From Diadema antillarum (taxonomy: Eukaryota): a stretch of DNA of 64,000 nt. The first letter of the stretch is position 1, and each line of letters starts with the position of its first letter. A model generated the notes under the pieces. The model did not search any database and was not told where the DNA came from. It saw only the letters and a program-made list of their open reading frames with translations. Where the stretch lies: contig NW_027272364.1 in assembly GCF_040938485.1 (NCBI RefSeq), positions 1-64,000 of the forward strand, written 5' to 3'. Made by a program: the position numbers and the translations under genes. Below, one piece after another: positions 10,841 through 25,120 of this stretch.

Positions 10841-12824
10841 GAATGAACTGAATGATATACTAATAACAGAATATTATTAATATCTAGATCAATATCAATA
10901 TCACCATCCACCCATTCTGCGCATAGTTGCTATACCAATCAAGCACAAATAAATTGGTAGATAGGATGATTAATGAAGTAATCATACAATATACCTTTTC
11001 TTCTGGATTAATTTCAAGCGATGTGTTTTCGAAACGAATCAAATTTAAGTCATTCCTGTGGACTGTGGTACAAATTATTAAGTTATTTCAGACAACCACT
11101 AACCATAGAGCCTACCCCTCCCTTGTTCGACATTGCAGTCACTATCATAATATATGTTGATACTCTTACTGAGGTCCATGTTCTTGAATGTGTTTATGCA
11201 GAAATAATTATGTGCGCTGATAAACTCGTCATACTGTCCTAAACAAAATGTTCTTAACTTTGAAGACAATAGTACCCATGGTTTATCCTTATTCGCCAGT
11301 AAAGTTTTTGAAAAGTAACCAAAATATAGCTGCAAATTTAGTAACACGTAATGCAAAAGGTAATAAATGGTGAATTTGGTATATAGTTGTGTGAAAACTA
11401 AAACTGATTTTAAATCAATGATCTATGTTTGATTTTTTTTAATATGGTTAAGATTCTATATACTAAATAATTCTGTAAATAGACGTAATTGAAATGAAAT
11501 CTTGATCATAATTATTATCCATTTAGCAACTGTTAAGATACAGTATATAAATACTATACTATGCGACTTTCTCGGAGACTCGGGTAGGTAATTTTTCTGT
11601 GTGTCATGTATTGATTGTGTATGGTACATCAGGCGTTACAGTGTTCAATTAAGAATGCACAAGCAAGGCATGATTCTTGATATAGAAAATGTTGACTTTA
11701 ATTCATACATTAAATGTTGTTACGGCCTTGTGCCCGCGATTCTAATATCAACCGTGGTCTATTCCATTCGAAAGAGTCTTTCATACTGTTATTTTTTCTT
11801 TTACGTTCTAGAAACCATTGAGGTATTTTTTTTTTTTTTTGGCAGGTTTTCCTTGTTATAGTAGAACTCTTTGGTCGTACAGGTGGTTTCATGGTATATA
11901 CCATGTATTCCCTCTTGGAGGTGAGAATGGTCTTGAAAAAGACCTAAAGAGACCTACTCAATCGCGACGTTCTAGTAAGCAGGTAAGCATGTTCACACGG
12001 AAACGTCGAGCTTGAGTAGGTCCTTTTCAAGACCACACTTAATATATCTAACGTTAGGCAGGGAGGTGTGAGAGATGGAGATACAACTACTGCTCTCCTT
12101 TGAAGTCATGCGCGGCACCGCCGAGAAGTTATGCACATAACTGCAGGTGGGAACCAGGCGCTTTGACAAAAGAGAGCATCAATAATCGGGACTAGGGCTC
12201 TCACACCAAGAAAGACTCCCCCCTACTGCAGTTCGCTCTCTCTTTGAATGTGATGGCAACAATGAATTTAGATTATTTTGTGTGCCCTGGATGATTGGAG
12301 CAGCGAATCAAATGCAGTGTAAAATCGACAATTTTAACAGTAAAAAGTTTAAAGGCACGCTGGAACACGCTTTAGCAGAGGACTTTATTTGGAAGATCAA
12401 AATATCCCAGAATGAAAGATTAAAAAAATAACATGCGCAAATGTGCACATCATAGAAGCATATTAGGTTTTAAAGAGGACCTAGTTTTCATTTCATGTCG
12501 ATTTGCGCATTACGAAGAAACTTAGAAATATATGTTTATGATATTGAATTCTTTCCTTAACTCTTCTCAATCTATTCGAGCATTTCACTTCAGATTTTAC
12601 GGTGAAAATAGCTCGTAATTCGATGAAAAGTGAAATGCATTCGTTGTCTCCAAACTTCGTCTTGCAACTAGAGAGGTGCCGAGCATGGCTTAAAAGCGTA
12701 GTGGAATATTAGACATCCCATTGAACCCAAGCATGTGTTTGTATGAGTTATGAAGTGTTGCCACTCCATCTATGTAACACATCCCTGATCTAGGTTGTCA
12801 CTGTCATTGTTATTGTCATATATA

Positions 12825-13211
12825 GGTGGAGGTGTCGTGGCTGAGTGGATAAGAGCGCTCGTCTGTGAACAACATGAGCGTGGTATGGTTCGTGGGTTCG
12901 AGCCCATGCCAAGCCCGACACGTTTGCCCTTCAGCAAGGCACTTTATCCACATTGCTGCTCTCCACCCAGGAGTATAAATGGGTACCCGGTAGGATGAGA
13001 AAGCTTATGTTGGTTGATCAGCATGTCCGCACCTGGAAAATGGCTGCGACTGGCTGGAATGCTCCCCAGGGAGTGGAGAATGAGCACTGTCAGTGCTGGT
13101 TGGAAATAATGTATCCAGTGACCGGGGTAATAATAGTCTGTAAAGCGCATTGAAACCCTGAAGTGTGTGAAATGCGCTATATAAAAACCAGCTATTATTA
13201 TTATTATTATT
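12825..13211 (+). mobile_element. Full-length tRNA-derived SINE
   Basis: A box TGGCTGAGTGG and B box GGTTCGAGCCC. Central GCAAGGCACTTT...CCACCCAGGAGTATAAATGGGTACC is typical of conserved-core SINE superfamilies. L2-like tail TAAAGCGCATTG...AATGCGCTATATAAA is followed by (TAT)n. Confidence 0.85.
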
Positions 13212-16200
13212 AAGGTCCATCGTGAAACCACCTATAATACCATAAGAAACCATTCAGCTTTCATGAATATACGACAGTTTAATGAGTGTTCAAAAGCTGT
13301 GGTTTTGTCTTTTCGTCTTTTTGTCTTTTCATATTTTAATGTTGCTAAATAGAATCACTCAAGCGCCTCGACTATCGTGCCCATCGGGCAATATATTGTA
13401 ATAACCTTGCTAGATCATGGTTAATGTCGAGGATGAAAAGTTTGGAAAAGAAAGGACAATGTACATATCAGCTTTCCTCCTGTCGAATAACTAGTGATGA
13501 AAGAAAATTGTAACCATTTTGTTCTAAAAGTGAAAAGGCAAATCATCTTTCCTTTATGAGTTTCCTTTTACATCTGCTCGGCTCTGCTTATGATAATGGT
13601 CTCGTGCTTTCCTATATTAGAGATTTGCTAAATTTCGTCTTGAACAGCAGGTATATACGTAAAATCTTTTTTTCATCGTGCGTAAAGTGACACACGCTCG
13701 TCTTCATTTTGCATTATCAAGAAAGACAATTCTGTACATTTAAGTCAATCATTTGCCTGTTTCCATGTATTTCCTCCGTTCAAATATTACTCAATAACTT
13801 TACTTTGTGTTGATAATCGACGTGAAATCAAGTATTAAATCTCAGATAAAGATAAAATAAAAACAGTGTAATATAACATTAATTGGATCGTTTTATACGA
13901 CGTAACTCCTTTTGTGTAGAGTACATGTACTAATGCGAGGTAATGGTTTGTATGTGTGATAAAATGTGAAGGTATGTGACCGTTTGCATGCGTTTTTGCA
14001 TGCCTGAATGATGACTGTTTGACTTATTCACATCTCGCTTTCGAATGCACTGAATATTTGTGATTCCCCAGTTTAGCTCTTTTAGGGCAAGAAGTGATAC
14101 TGAAGAGCTGTATACGACTTCGTAGAAGCTTCATCAAAATCGGACTTAAAGATGAGAAAGATGTGAGAAAATTTGTTCTGTTTTCACAGAATAATAGCCA
14201 TGGTTCTAATCACAATACTACTAAGAAGTTGAAGTAATTATGTTATGGATCTACAATTTAACTGTTTCATTGGTCTGCGCCGTAGAATATCCTATACAAA
14301 TTCATGTTTTGGTGGTTAAGTTATAAAGCAATTACAATTAATTCTATCCCATAAAAACTCTAATCGCAAGGATAAACTACGGCATTTACATGATACGTAG
14401 TGTAATCGTATACTGTATAGACACATGACTCTCGTTGTAGGCCTTCAACATGAGACATATTCAGACGCTAACATTTTATATCGTACATTTCAATAATGTC
14501 TCGAGATTAACCGGGAGGTAGTCATATTCACTCAACGGCTTCACGTCTTCTCCTTTAAAGAAAAGTAAAGGTCGTCAAATTGTTTCTCAGTGGGGAATTC
14601 CACACCCGTGTCAGATTGTGTTTGATAACGGAGTACAAGTTTAAACAATAGACTGCGTGATTAGAGGATGAAAAACAGGCAAGGCAAACACCACTGTCAT
14701 AATTTTGTTGCATTACTGCCGAATTTAACAGATAAAAGGTGGAGCTTTTAAACCACACACGTACAAATAAACAAACACACACACACGCACACGCAGATAC
14801 AATAGAATAATGAATAGAACAGGAAAAGGGAGAGAAGGGGCGTTAACTATAGAGAGAGAAATAAAAAGAGGAGAGAAAAAGAGAAATCAAGCACGGAAAA
14901 AATTGCAGTATTGTTCCTGTTATAGGACTCCATTTGTATTGTAATTTAAGATTTTATTGATCAGAGAAAAAAACACTTTCTCAATTTTCAAATTTAATAT
15001 CACACACATTACATAATAATCAATCTTGATGATATCGATACTAATATGGTCTTATTATCTGATCGAGTTTTTGTACTAACTAATAGCATGCAAAATCATA
15101 CACTGAAAAATCTAGGGAAAGAACTTCACTAGTAATAGGTTATACAAAACACACCAAAAGCATAAACTATATACATAATTTTACTGTAAAGGAATGAACA
15201 CGTAGATTAAGGGAATGTTTAATCATTAAAAGGCGCTTTCCAGGCTTCTGCATTTGAACACCTATAATATATATACTGGATTCAGAGTTTCAAAATTTGT
15301 AGTGATTGGAATGAGGGATACAAATGTTTTCAAAATTCCTAACAAATCACAATGAGAATGCATAATTCTACACGGGTGAAATTGTTAAGCAAGTGGTATT
15401 GTAATGGAATACATTGCTACATTACTGGAATAATTACGTGGGCCTCCTATGTCATCATCCTTTTTCAGTGTATAATGTTTTTGGTTTTTTTTATTTGTTT
15501 ATCTACTCAAGGACCACAATAAATTCCATAAATCTATACATGGCACTATCGATTTATGTACTACATGATGTGAAATTATATAAATCGTCTGGAACATTCC
15601 GTAATCTTATGAAGGAGGAACAGGAATAATTCAACAGGTTTTTTAATGCTTTAGCAATAGCCTGTGTGTTTTTTTTTCAGTGGGGAAGAGGTTACCAGCC
15701 CTGGGTTTAACCCCCTGCGTGCCAAATATAATTGCCTGTTCATAAGTTTGTGTGCAGATTTTGTGCACATTTGACTCATTGGCATGAAAACAGTTAAGGT
15801 CTTCATTCTCCTATTCTTTATACGTCAAGCCGTATAAGATGATGGTGATGTATATATCTAGTGTCTGGATGGCTGACGGATAATATGTGGAAATCAGGAA
15901 ATATTTCAGCTAAGTGAATAGACGGGGCAACGAGAAAAAGAAATATATAACATATCATGTAAGTCATGACAAAATTGTTATCATCATGACATGTTTGCAT
16001 CATTAGCCATTCAATGATCACATAAAATGGAAAAAAAAAGTGAATGGAGCTATCTATAGTGTTCCTTGAACTGGCTTAATAACCCATAATATAGATTGAA
16101 AACGCCCTTTTAATACCATGGCCGAATGTGGCATCAAGTACCGTTATAACGTCGTTGTGACGCTTTACACGACACTCCATGCATATAGACAGCGTCAAAC

Positions 16201-16933
16201 AACAAAGCCGACCAGCGGGGAATACCAAGGTTTAAAGGGAAGTTCACTCAATAATCATATTAATGAGCAAAAACGAAAAACTTTACTCAAACAAGGAAAA
16301 CAAGACATGTTGAATTTCTTTTGAAACATTTTGAAGTTTTATACATGGTGTCACGAAAGATTCCCATAGGAATGAGAATCGTATCATATAAGGCGATGGC
16401 GTCACAGCAGCACCATTCCCCTAAGATTGCCATATGTGATAGAACTCCACCCCAGGTTTCTAATCACTAATCCATCAACTACTAGTATAAGTACAGTATT
16501 TACAGCTCTATAGTGATCTGATGGAAAGGATGTAATATCTCCTTGCTGGGTTATTTTAAACTTGAAAATTTAGGGAAGATTTATGAAGACTTTGGTGAGG
16601 TAATGATCGACAATCATCATCATCTCAGCAAGATTGTATGTGTGATTGTGATTGCTTTGTGTAATTGTCGTGAAACTTTTGATTTTGATGTATCTATTGA
16701 AGTCAACTTGAAAAGTAGAGGAATCTCTCTCGAACACAAACACACCATGCTGTGCCTATATAAACATTGTCACAGTATCAAGCGACGAAGGCAAAGTCTA
16801 TCTAGTCCAGTCAAAATAGGGTTTCACCCACCACTAATTGCAACAGTACGAATTCCACTGCAGTGCAACTTGTTATGGGCTCCTAAACACCACACTAAAA
16901 GTCCCAAGAAATCCAATGGGGTAAAGTGGCTAA

Positions 16934-17441
16934 ATTTGCATAATATGCAAATTAGCTCCCATAATGATAAAAATACAGTGTTTCCATGAAAACTATGCTT
17001 CTAGGTTTCAGATTGGAAAACCGAAAGTGTTTTAACGTATGTTTACAATGTCAGCTAGTGCGATGCAAACATTTCCATGGACATGATCTGGGCCTCATTT
17101 GCATAATATGCAAATTAGCTCCCCATAATGATAAAAATACAGTGTTTCCATGAAAACTATGCTTCTAGGTTTCAGATTGAAACACCGAAAGTGTTGAAAC
17201 TTATGTTTTCAATGTAAGTTGTGCGATGCAAACATTTCCATGTACATATTCTGGGCCTCATTTGCATAATATGCAAATTAGCTCCAATAATGATTAAAAT
17301 ACAGTGTTTCCATGAAAACTATGCTTCTAGGTTTCAGATTGGAACACCGAAAGTGTTGAAACATATGTTTGCAATGTCACTTAGTGCGATGCAAACAATT
17401 CCATGAACATAATCTGGGCCTCATTTGCATAATATGCAAAG
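16934..17441 (+). repeat. 163-bp tandem repeat (3 copies plus a partial)
   Basis: ATTTGCATAATATGCAAA recurs at 16934, 17097, 17260 and 17423. Confidence 0.9.
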
Positions 17442-18149
17442 GGTACCGAGCCAACGGAATATTCAAATGCACCAAAGTGCCCGATATGAGCATATCAAGA
17501 GTGTTCAAATGTGACATGTCAGTTTCTCTTCACCAAAAACAAACTTTTCAGCATTAGAAACCTAGCATGAATAATTTTAAGCGAATAATAATTTGTTATC
17601 AGAAAGATAATGATAGCTTATCCACTAATTACGGAGAATCAAATAATATAAACAACTGTCAACATCTATAACTTGTCCAATTTTGTAATTAATGAACTCT
17701 ATTTGGAGAGGTGCTTATTCGAATCTGGATGATTCAGCTCTTGCACCCTTGAGGGTTTTGAGATATTGAAGATAGCACAGTCAAAGGAAACTCTGTGGGT
17801 AGTGACCAAAGTTACCCCTATCGATCATATCCCCACGGCCATTTGCAAAACATGCATCAACCAACGCGATTTCCGTTGTTCTAAGCGTACAAGATTTTTT
17901 TTAAAAGTCGTTTGGCCGTCTAGCAAAGACTATTTCCATGAAAGTATATCTTTAAAAAGTGGTGCACATGAGTCAAAGCGACTCGGAGGGAGGTACCCGA
18001 ATTTATCCCTATACCCTCACAGCCCGGTACAAAACACAGTATATACACATGAATACACCCTCTCTAACGTCCTTTTCGTTTCATTTCCATTAAATTTCAG
18101 TGGAAGTTATAGAAGAATTATTGTTCTACAATATCTCAAGGGCAATTCC

Positions 18150-18870
18150 GCAGTTAGTAACGTTACATTTGAACAAATTTAGATATTTGTTTTTACTACT
18201 AAATTACAATTTATTCATTTCAAGCCAAAATTATGTCAAAAACATGTTCATCATTCCCAGGTTTATGATACAGAAAAGAATGAATACAATCCAAGAAATA
18301 ATAGCATTGCTATGGCAACTTAAAGGGCTGGTTAGTAACGTTACGAAAAAAGGACATGACAAAAAAATCAATGTCTTGTAACAAAAAGTGTGCAAAAATT
18401 CAAGTTACTTCAAACAAAGTTTTGCATTAATTTCAATTATTACAAATGTTCACACAATGTTTTTTAGCAGTTCGACCAATAATTTCTTAGCTAGACCCCC
18501 AAAAGCATGGTTAGTAACGTTACGGTTAGTAACGTTACATTTGTCCGGAGAAATTCCGCAGGTCATTTCACCCTTTTGTAATTGACAAAATGTCACATGA
18601 CTTCTGGAGTATTTAAATGTATTTATCTTTTACCCTTTAGCAAAACTTTGAGGAAAAAATTTCAAAGGAACCCACTGTAATTTGCATTTAAGTGAATTTC
18701 AGCATCCCCAGTCCCACATGTACATTTTAAATGATGGTTTTAGATCTCGCGAAATCAATCAATACGAAAGATAAAATCTACTGAATTTGAAAGACCTTAA
18801 TAATTGGTGAACATCCGTGGCATTAGTTGATACCTAGATTAAAGAGTAATATAAAGAGGCACATTTCTTT
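18150..18870. repeat. Dispersed repeat with an inverted copy at about 61620-63315
   Basis: The reverse complement aligns by eye with 61626-62245 and 63180-63315. It contains several GTAACGTTAC palindromes. Confidence 0.75.
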
Positions 18871-19029
18871 CATCCATGTCATGTCCACCTAACTGCGGAA
18901 TTGCCCATAAGATGAAAAGGTGAAATCCTAAAGGCAATGAAAAACATGTTCCATGGGTACATGCCTCTGAAAAGTTCTTCCGCCTGTCTAGCACATACTC
19001 TTTTATTTTCGTAAAATGCAATTCAGGTA

Positions 19030-21360
19030 ATGCAGGAGACGTTGCTTTACAATATCTATATTGTCAAAAAGTTGGACATTCAAACGCAAGCCCTTGGGAA
19101 GTGCCCAAATCACCCATACCTTGACCTTCGTAGTCCCAAAACAGGTTAACAAAACATGCATTATATGCCAAAGCAAATTCAGTTGTACATGCACGTAGAA
19201 AGTCGTTTTGCCGGGTTGTAAATAAAAACACTTTACTTTTCATGATTTTTGAATGGTAGAGACACTGCTTTACAATATTCATATAGTCAAAGGGGTGCAC
19301 ACTCAAAGGCCACCGAGTGGGATGTGTTCAAATCATCCAACCCCCAGGGCAATATAGGAAACATGCATACTCATTTAGCACGAATATGTTCCAATTTTCC
19401 AACGGTTGTACAGCAAGTGCCCTATTGTTTTCAAGAAATGCAATATAATTAAAAGAAGAAAAAATTGCTCTACCTTAACTTTATTGTCAAAAGGGTGAAC
19501 ATTTCAAAGCAATCCCTTGGGAAGTGTTCAAAATTACACCTCCTCTCAAGCCCCGTAATTACAACACACGGATACTATGAACGCAAATACTGACGTTCTT
19601 TGGTACATGGTTTTAGAAGTAGTTCCGGCAATACAGCTACACACTTTTATATCGATGAATGTCGTGGAAATGATAGAAGAAGCATTGCTTCACAATATCT
19701 ATTCAGTGAGAGGATGCACATTAAATTCCAATCCAGTAATTGTGCCCCAAAGTACCCCACCCTCACGGCAATATAGAAAACATCGAATATCATTAACGCG
19801 AATATACTATATGTTCCAAACGTACATGTTTCAAACTTCGATCATGCCATGCAGCATGGGCACTTTTGTTTTCAAAAATACATTGCAGTTAATAGAGGAG
19901 ACATCCCTTAACGATATCCATATTCTCAAAAGGGTGAACATTAAAGGACAATCCCTTGGGAATGGTCCAAAATTACACCTACGCTCACGCACCCTTAAGA
20001 CAAAACACAGATATTAGCAACGCAAACACCGTTGTTCTAGCGTGGATGGTTTTAAAAGTAGTCCCGGCAATACAGCGAATACACTATTTATCAATGAAAA
20101 GTCATGGAAATGATAGAAGAGGCTGAACCTTACCAGATCTATACAGTGAAGAGGATGCACATTAAATGGTAACCCTGTGGGATGTGCCAAAAATATTCAA
20201 CCCTCACGGCAACTTAGAAAACATATAATATCATAAAACGCGAATATATATTTTCCAAACGTACATGTTTTCAAAATTCCATCGTGCTGAATAGCAAAGG
20301 CACCTTTGTTTCCAAGAAATGCAACTAATTAATGGAGGAGACATTGCTCTACAATAACTATATTGTCAAAAGGGTGAACATTCAAAAGTAATCCCTTGGG
20401 AAGTGTCCAAATTCACATCTACGCTCACGCCGCCTTATTACAAAACACAGATATTAGCAACGCAAATACCGTTGTTCTAGCATGAATGGTTGTAAAAGTA
20501 GTTCCGGCAATATATCAAATACAATTTTCATCGATGACAAGTTATGAAAATGATAGAAGAAACTTGAATTTACAAGATCTATACACTTAAGAGGGTGCGC
20601 ATCAAACGGCAACCCTGTGGGATGTGCCAAAAATACTCCACCCTCACGGCAATATAGAAAACATATAATATCATATAACGCGAATATATATATGTTCCAA
20701 ACGTACATGTTTTCGAAATTCCATCGTGCCGTATAGCAAAGGCACTTTTGTTTCCCAAAAAAATGCAACTAATTAGTAGAGGAAACATTGCTCTACAATA
20801 ACTACATTGTCAAAAAGGTGGACATCCAAAGGTAATCCCTGGGGAGGTGTCTAAATTTACACCTACGCTCACGCCCTTTATGACAATATACGGATATCAG
20901 CAACGCAAATGCAGTTGTTCTAGCGTGAATGGTTTTAAATGTAGGTCCAGCAATACAGCAAATACACTCTTATATAAATGAAAAGTCATGAATATGATAG
21001 AAGAAGATTTGCTTTACAAGATCTACACAATAAAAAGGGTGCTTATTGAAGGGCGACCCTGTGGCGTGTGCCCCCGAAATGCCCTTTATCCTCTTGGCAA
21101 TATGGAAAACATAATATCATATAACGCGAATATATATGTTCCAAAAGTACATACTGTCAAAATTCGATCGTGCCTTACAGCAAGGGTATTTTTGTTTTTA
21201 AGAAATGCAATGTAATCAATACAGGAGACATTGCTTTACAATACTTATATAGTTAAAAGTGATGCACATTTAAAGCGGCCCCTTGGGAGGCGCCCAAAGT
21301 TACCCCCTCAACCCCGCGTCCCCATATGCAAAACGTGCATTATGCCAACGTGAGTACTGT
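19030..21360 (+). repeat. About 440-bp degenerate tandem repeat (5-6 copies), each made of two related halves
   Basis: AAAAGGGTGAACATT-like anchor near 19066, 19488, 19929, 20368, 20813 and 21255. Confidence 0.8.
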
Positions 21361-22923
21361 TGTTATGAATTTACTCTTACAGTTACCGCTAATTTGCATT
21401 TTATGTAAATTATTTTTGTACGACCAATTCGAAAAGGCATCTATCGTGTTCATTGACCTACAAAATATAAGTTTATACATTTAAATCTTTAAAATTGGAT
21501 AACGGGAAGCTGAGATCTGTCAATTTCCTCTCATTTCAGGTGCTAATTTGCATATTATGCAAATTTTACTATTTTGCCCCGCTGGATTTTTTGGGACTTT
21601 TAGTATGGTGTTCAGGAGGCCTCAACGACTTGCTCTGCAGTAAAATTCCTACTGTTGCAATTAGTGGTGGGTTACCCCCTAAAAATCGCTAGATTGACTG
21701 GACTAATCTGGGTGTTGTGATTGTTTACCGAAAAAGAATGAATCCATTGCGACACTCAAACATGCCAAAGCTGTATGTTTCTACAGATTGATATAAACAA
21801 CGACGATATTGCGCAAAAACACTTATGACGTCATCGGCCTTGATTACTGAACCATTAACATTCAGTTAAACTTTTTGGAATGTTTCCTCTTTTCCGCTAA
21901 AGGGTGCGTGGGGGACAAGAATATATCTCATGTGATGGTCATGAGGTCGAGAATTTATCACTTTGAGGGATAATTGAATGGACCCTGGCCTTGCAGGCGA
22001 AAAAAACTGAATAAAGAAAAAGATATTCTGCAGATTACCAGGGGAGAGCAAGGTAGGAATGATTGTCCGTATTTGTCTTTTGAGTGCTTGAGAGTTGTGA
22101 CCATGCACTCCCAGCCTGGTGAATCTAGGTCACCTTGTGAGAAATATTGGACACGCATACATGATGTATGTATGTGTGTATGCATAAAGAATCTATGTAT
22201 GCATAAATGCATGAAAATACTCCAGTATGAAAAACCGAATTTGTCTAGAATTTCTCTGGCTGGCCTGATGACTTGACCATTTTCATTGACAGCTCTCATC
22301 CATGCAGTGAGACATACATTGTTCCTTCGCAATAACACGCAAACTTGGAAAAGTGCAATTTGTCATTGTTGTCTTTAAAGTTCATGTGCTCAGTCTTGCA
22401 TGACATTCATCAACATAATTAGGCATCAATGGAAAGGAGAAGAGTTCTCCTTTCCTCACAACTAACATTGCGCTCTCTATAGCTGACAATTTTTAAATAA
22501 GTAGCCCTCGAAAGTTGGATTACCTTTTTTTTTCATACTCACTGTAAAACCACACCATGTTTAAACTCCATAAAAAGCAATAGCACTTATAAATGTAAAA
22601 ACTGAGAGTTTAATTCTAGTGGAGTTGGCGTGAGTACTGTCTTGCACGTGAAAAGAGGTCTACCCTATACTTCATTTATAAACAACCCGTTTCGGGGGAA
22701 AAAAGTATAGATATTCGAAGCTGCCAGTTGTAGGCATTACGGAGTTAGTGTATACGATTAACAGATGTGCAATATCAATGCAACATTATCACGTCTGGAG
22801 TTTAAAAAAAAAGTGTGTGTGTATGGGGGGGGGGGATTGGTAGCTACGGGGTACATGAACTTTGTGCATGCAAGGGTATTTTAAGCAGAGAAATTATACT
22901 TATTAACATGATAAACAATAAGC

Positions 22924-23372
22924 GGGAATTCCCCGATTTCATAATACCTGCTAGTGCATGGAATATGTGATTTTCATGTCTATGCATGTAACCGTGTCGT
23001 CACTGTGCCCAAGGTAGCACGATATACCCTGGGAATCCCATGGTGGTAGATAGGGGTGATATCACTGAGATTTAAAGTAATGACGTCAAAAAGAATGATC
23101 ACGTCATCGTAATAATGAATCCGAAGGCTTCCAGCTCTGAAGTCAAGCCGTATCGCAAGAAGAATTTAATGACTGATACTTCATGATCATTTTAATGCTG
23201 CTCCTTTATCATTGATTGTATTTGAAATAAATCAGATTATTGTCCAACAACAATAACAAAATCAACAAAAACAAGAGCAGCAGCAACAACAACAACAACG
23301 ATGCAATGAACAGTAAATGGCCCGCAATAGATGGCTCTTCACATTGGCGATTACCGCAGACGGGGATTCCCC
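22924..23372. promoter_or_regulatory. Distal NF-kB consensus pair plus CRE-like TGACGTCA, unit 1
   Basis: GGGAATTCCC at 22924 and GGGGATTCCCC at 23362 match GGGRNNYYCC. Both are retained in units 2 and 3. Confidence 0.45.
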
Positions 23373-23670
23373 GCTGTACATGTCCGTGGCTTTCATGCTT
23401 GCCGTTTGGAAACATGTTCCTAATCACGTTCCATGCTAACTGATTGATTTTTTTTTTTTACTATGAATACAATTTCCAATCACTTTCCTTCCAAAATATC
23501 TTTCTTAAATTGAGGAGGCCCTTTGACAAAGACTTCACTGTAGATTTTGAATCGGCATACGGGTGTGTATATATATATACGTTTGTTAACATGCCATGGT
23601 GCTAGTGACACAGATGTTGTATATGGAATCTCGTTTGTCACTATAGGAGAATGGTTTATATGTATAATTG

Positions 23671-23702
<32 letters not shown>

Positions 23703-25120
23703 GATATATATATATGTATACATGGCTATATGTGCATTTGTATATAATCTTATACATATTACACATTAGGCCGATATCATTATTATGTATCTATACATAT
23801 CCTTCATATCATATAGATACATAATATTGTATGAATATATATGTATATATATATATATATATATATAATTATGATACACAGAGAGAAAGAGAGAGAGATT
23901 TGATGAAGACCTTGCTATAGCGGCGATATGTCTTCGAAAATGTATATTTAATATGGCCTTTTGCATTGATATGTGTACGGGAGATATGTGTGGCTTATAA
24001 CATGAATGGATTGGATCAGACATACCTGTGCGTTACTAGTACATAGGAGAGATACCCCATGTTTCCACTGAGTGCCCGCTCTATGGAGGTATACAAACAT
24101 ATAGGCCCTACAATATGCCTTACTTTCAACAAACGTATGTAAAGTACAAACCGTCCGTCACCCGAAAGATGAGAGAGGGACGACAGATTATTGCTTCATT
24201 CTTGCCCTCCAGACCGGAAAAGAAGCTGATATAACATCAATGCATTTTGTGTATGATTAAAGGAAAAAAACAAAAACAAAAACAAAAAGCTAACCAGACG
24301 CTAGTGCCAACGGGCATAGTATTTTATTATTGTGAGTTACTGTACGTATCGAGAGGATGTATGAGACACGTATTACAAGGAGCTCCTTGCTGTAATGACG
24401 TGAGCCAAAAAAGGGAGGAAATTCAGTGTGCTCTGAGCGCTTGATACGCTCTACTATAGTCTTATTAATGCAGACGTGATCGTCAGGCAAGCACGCAGTA
24501 CAATGTCTGAATTATGACTCCTCCCCCTTGTTTTGGCCATTTCCACGTCTATGGTAATGGTACTTGCAAAACCAAAATAACAACACCAATCTTTTTTTTT
24601 TTGTACCAAGGGCTTTGAAGAATACAGTATGTCGTTAATGTAACCCGTGAAGGTTCGAAACAACTCCATATCCATAGGCTAAACTTGGAGCTGCTTCTCG
24701 AAAAATGTTATTGCTTGGGCTAATACCATCAAATATGTTTTTTTTTTCTTATTAGATAAGATTATTCTCATGTTAAAAAAGGAGTCTCACACAACCTTTC
24801 CTACATTTTAGAATATGCATTCTCGGGTGAAAAGAAAAAAATCTTTGCATTTCTATTGAAGTGTCATTCAGCGCAACTTCATGACACTCGTTTGGAGTAA
24901 TTAGTGATGAAATGCAAGAACATGACATTGTGTTTTAATTTAATTAAAACACATATACGAGTATTCTGCACCAAAACAACACCTTCATTTTTACTAACTG
25001 AGACCTGGAATTGTAACTCAACGCATTGATACCAATTTCGAGCCATTAGTATCAGAGCGTTGAGTTAAATCCCCATTTCAAATGATTGTTGATACCGCGT
25101 AAACCGAAACGTGAATATTT

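Larger units (their letters stand above)
16803..21705. mobile_element. Academ-like non-autonomous DNA transposon, about 4.9 kb
   Basis: Termini TAGTCCAGTCAA and TTGACTGGACTA, with about 160-bp imperfect TIRs (16803-16960 vs 21540-21705). A 3-bp TSD ATC is present on both sides (16800-16802, 21706-21708). TAG..CTA termini with a 3-bp TSD fit Academ. No transposase ORF seen. Confidence 0.7.

Noticed and set aside
12795-13253. Overlapping ORFs at 12.8-13.25 kb, or a tRNA gene
   Set aside because: The region is a tRNA-headed SINE with a core domain and simple-repeat tail, with no complete cloverleaf.
16543-20017. ORFs of 138-148 aa (16543, 17766, 19577) as transposase remnants
   Set aside because: No recognisable motifs. 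They use non-ATG starts or lie in tandem repeats, or cross the element boundary.
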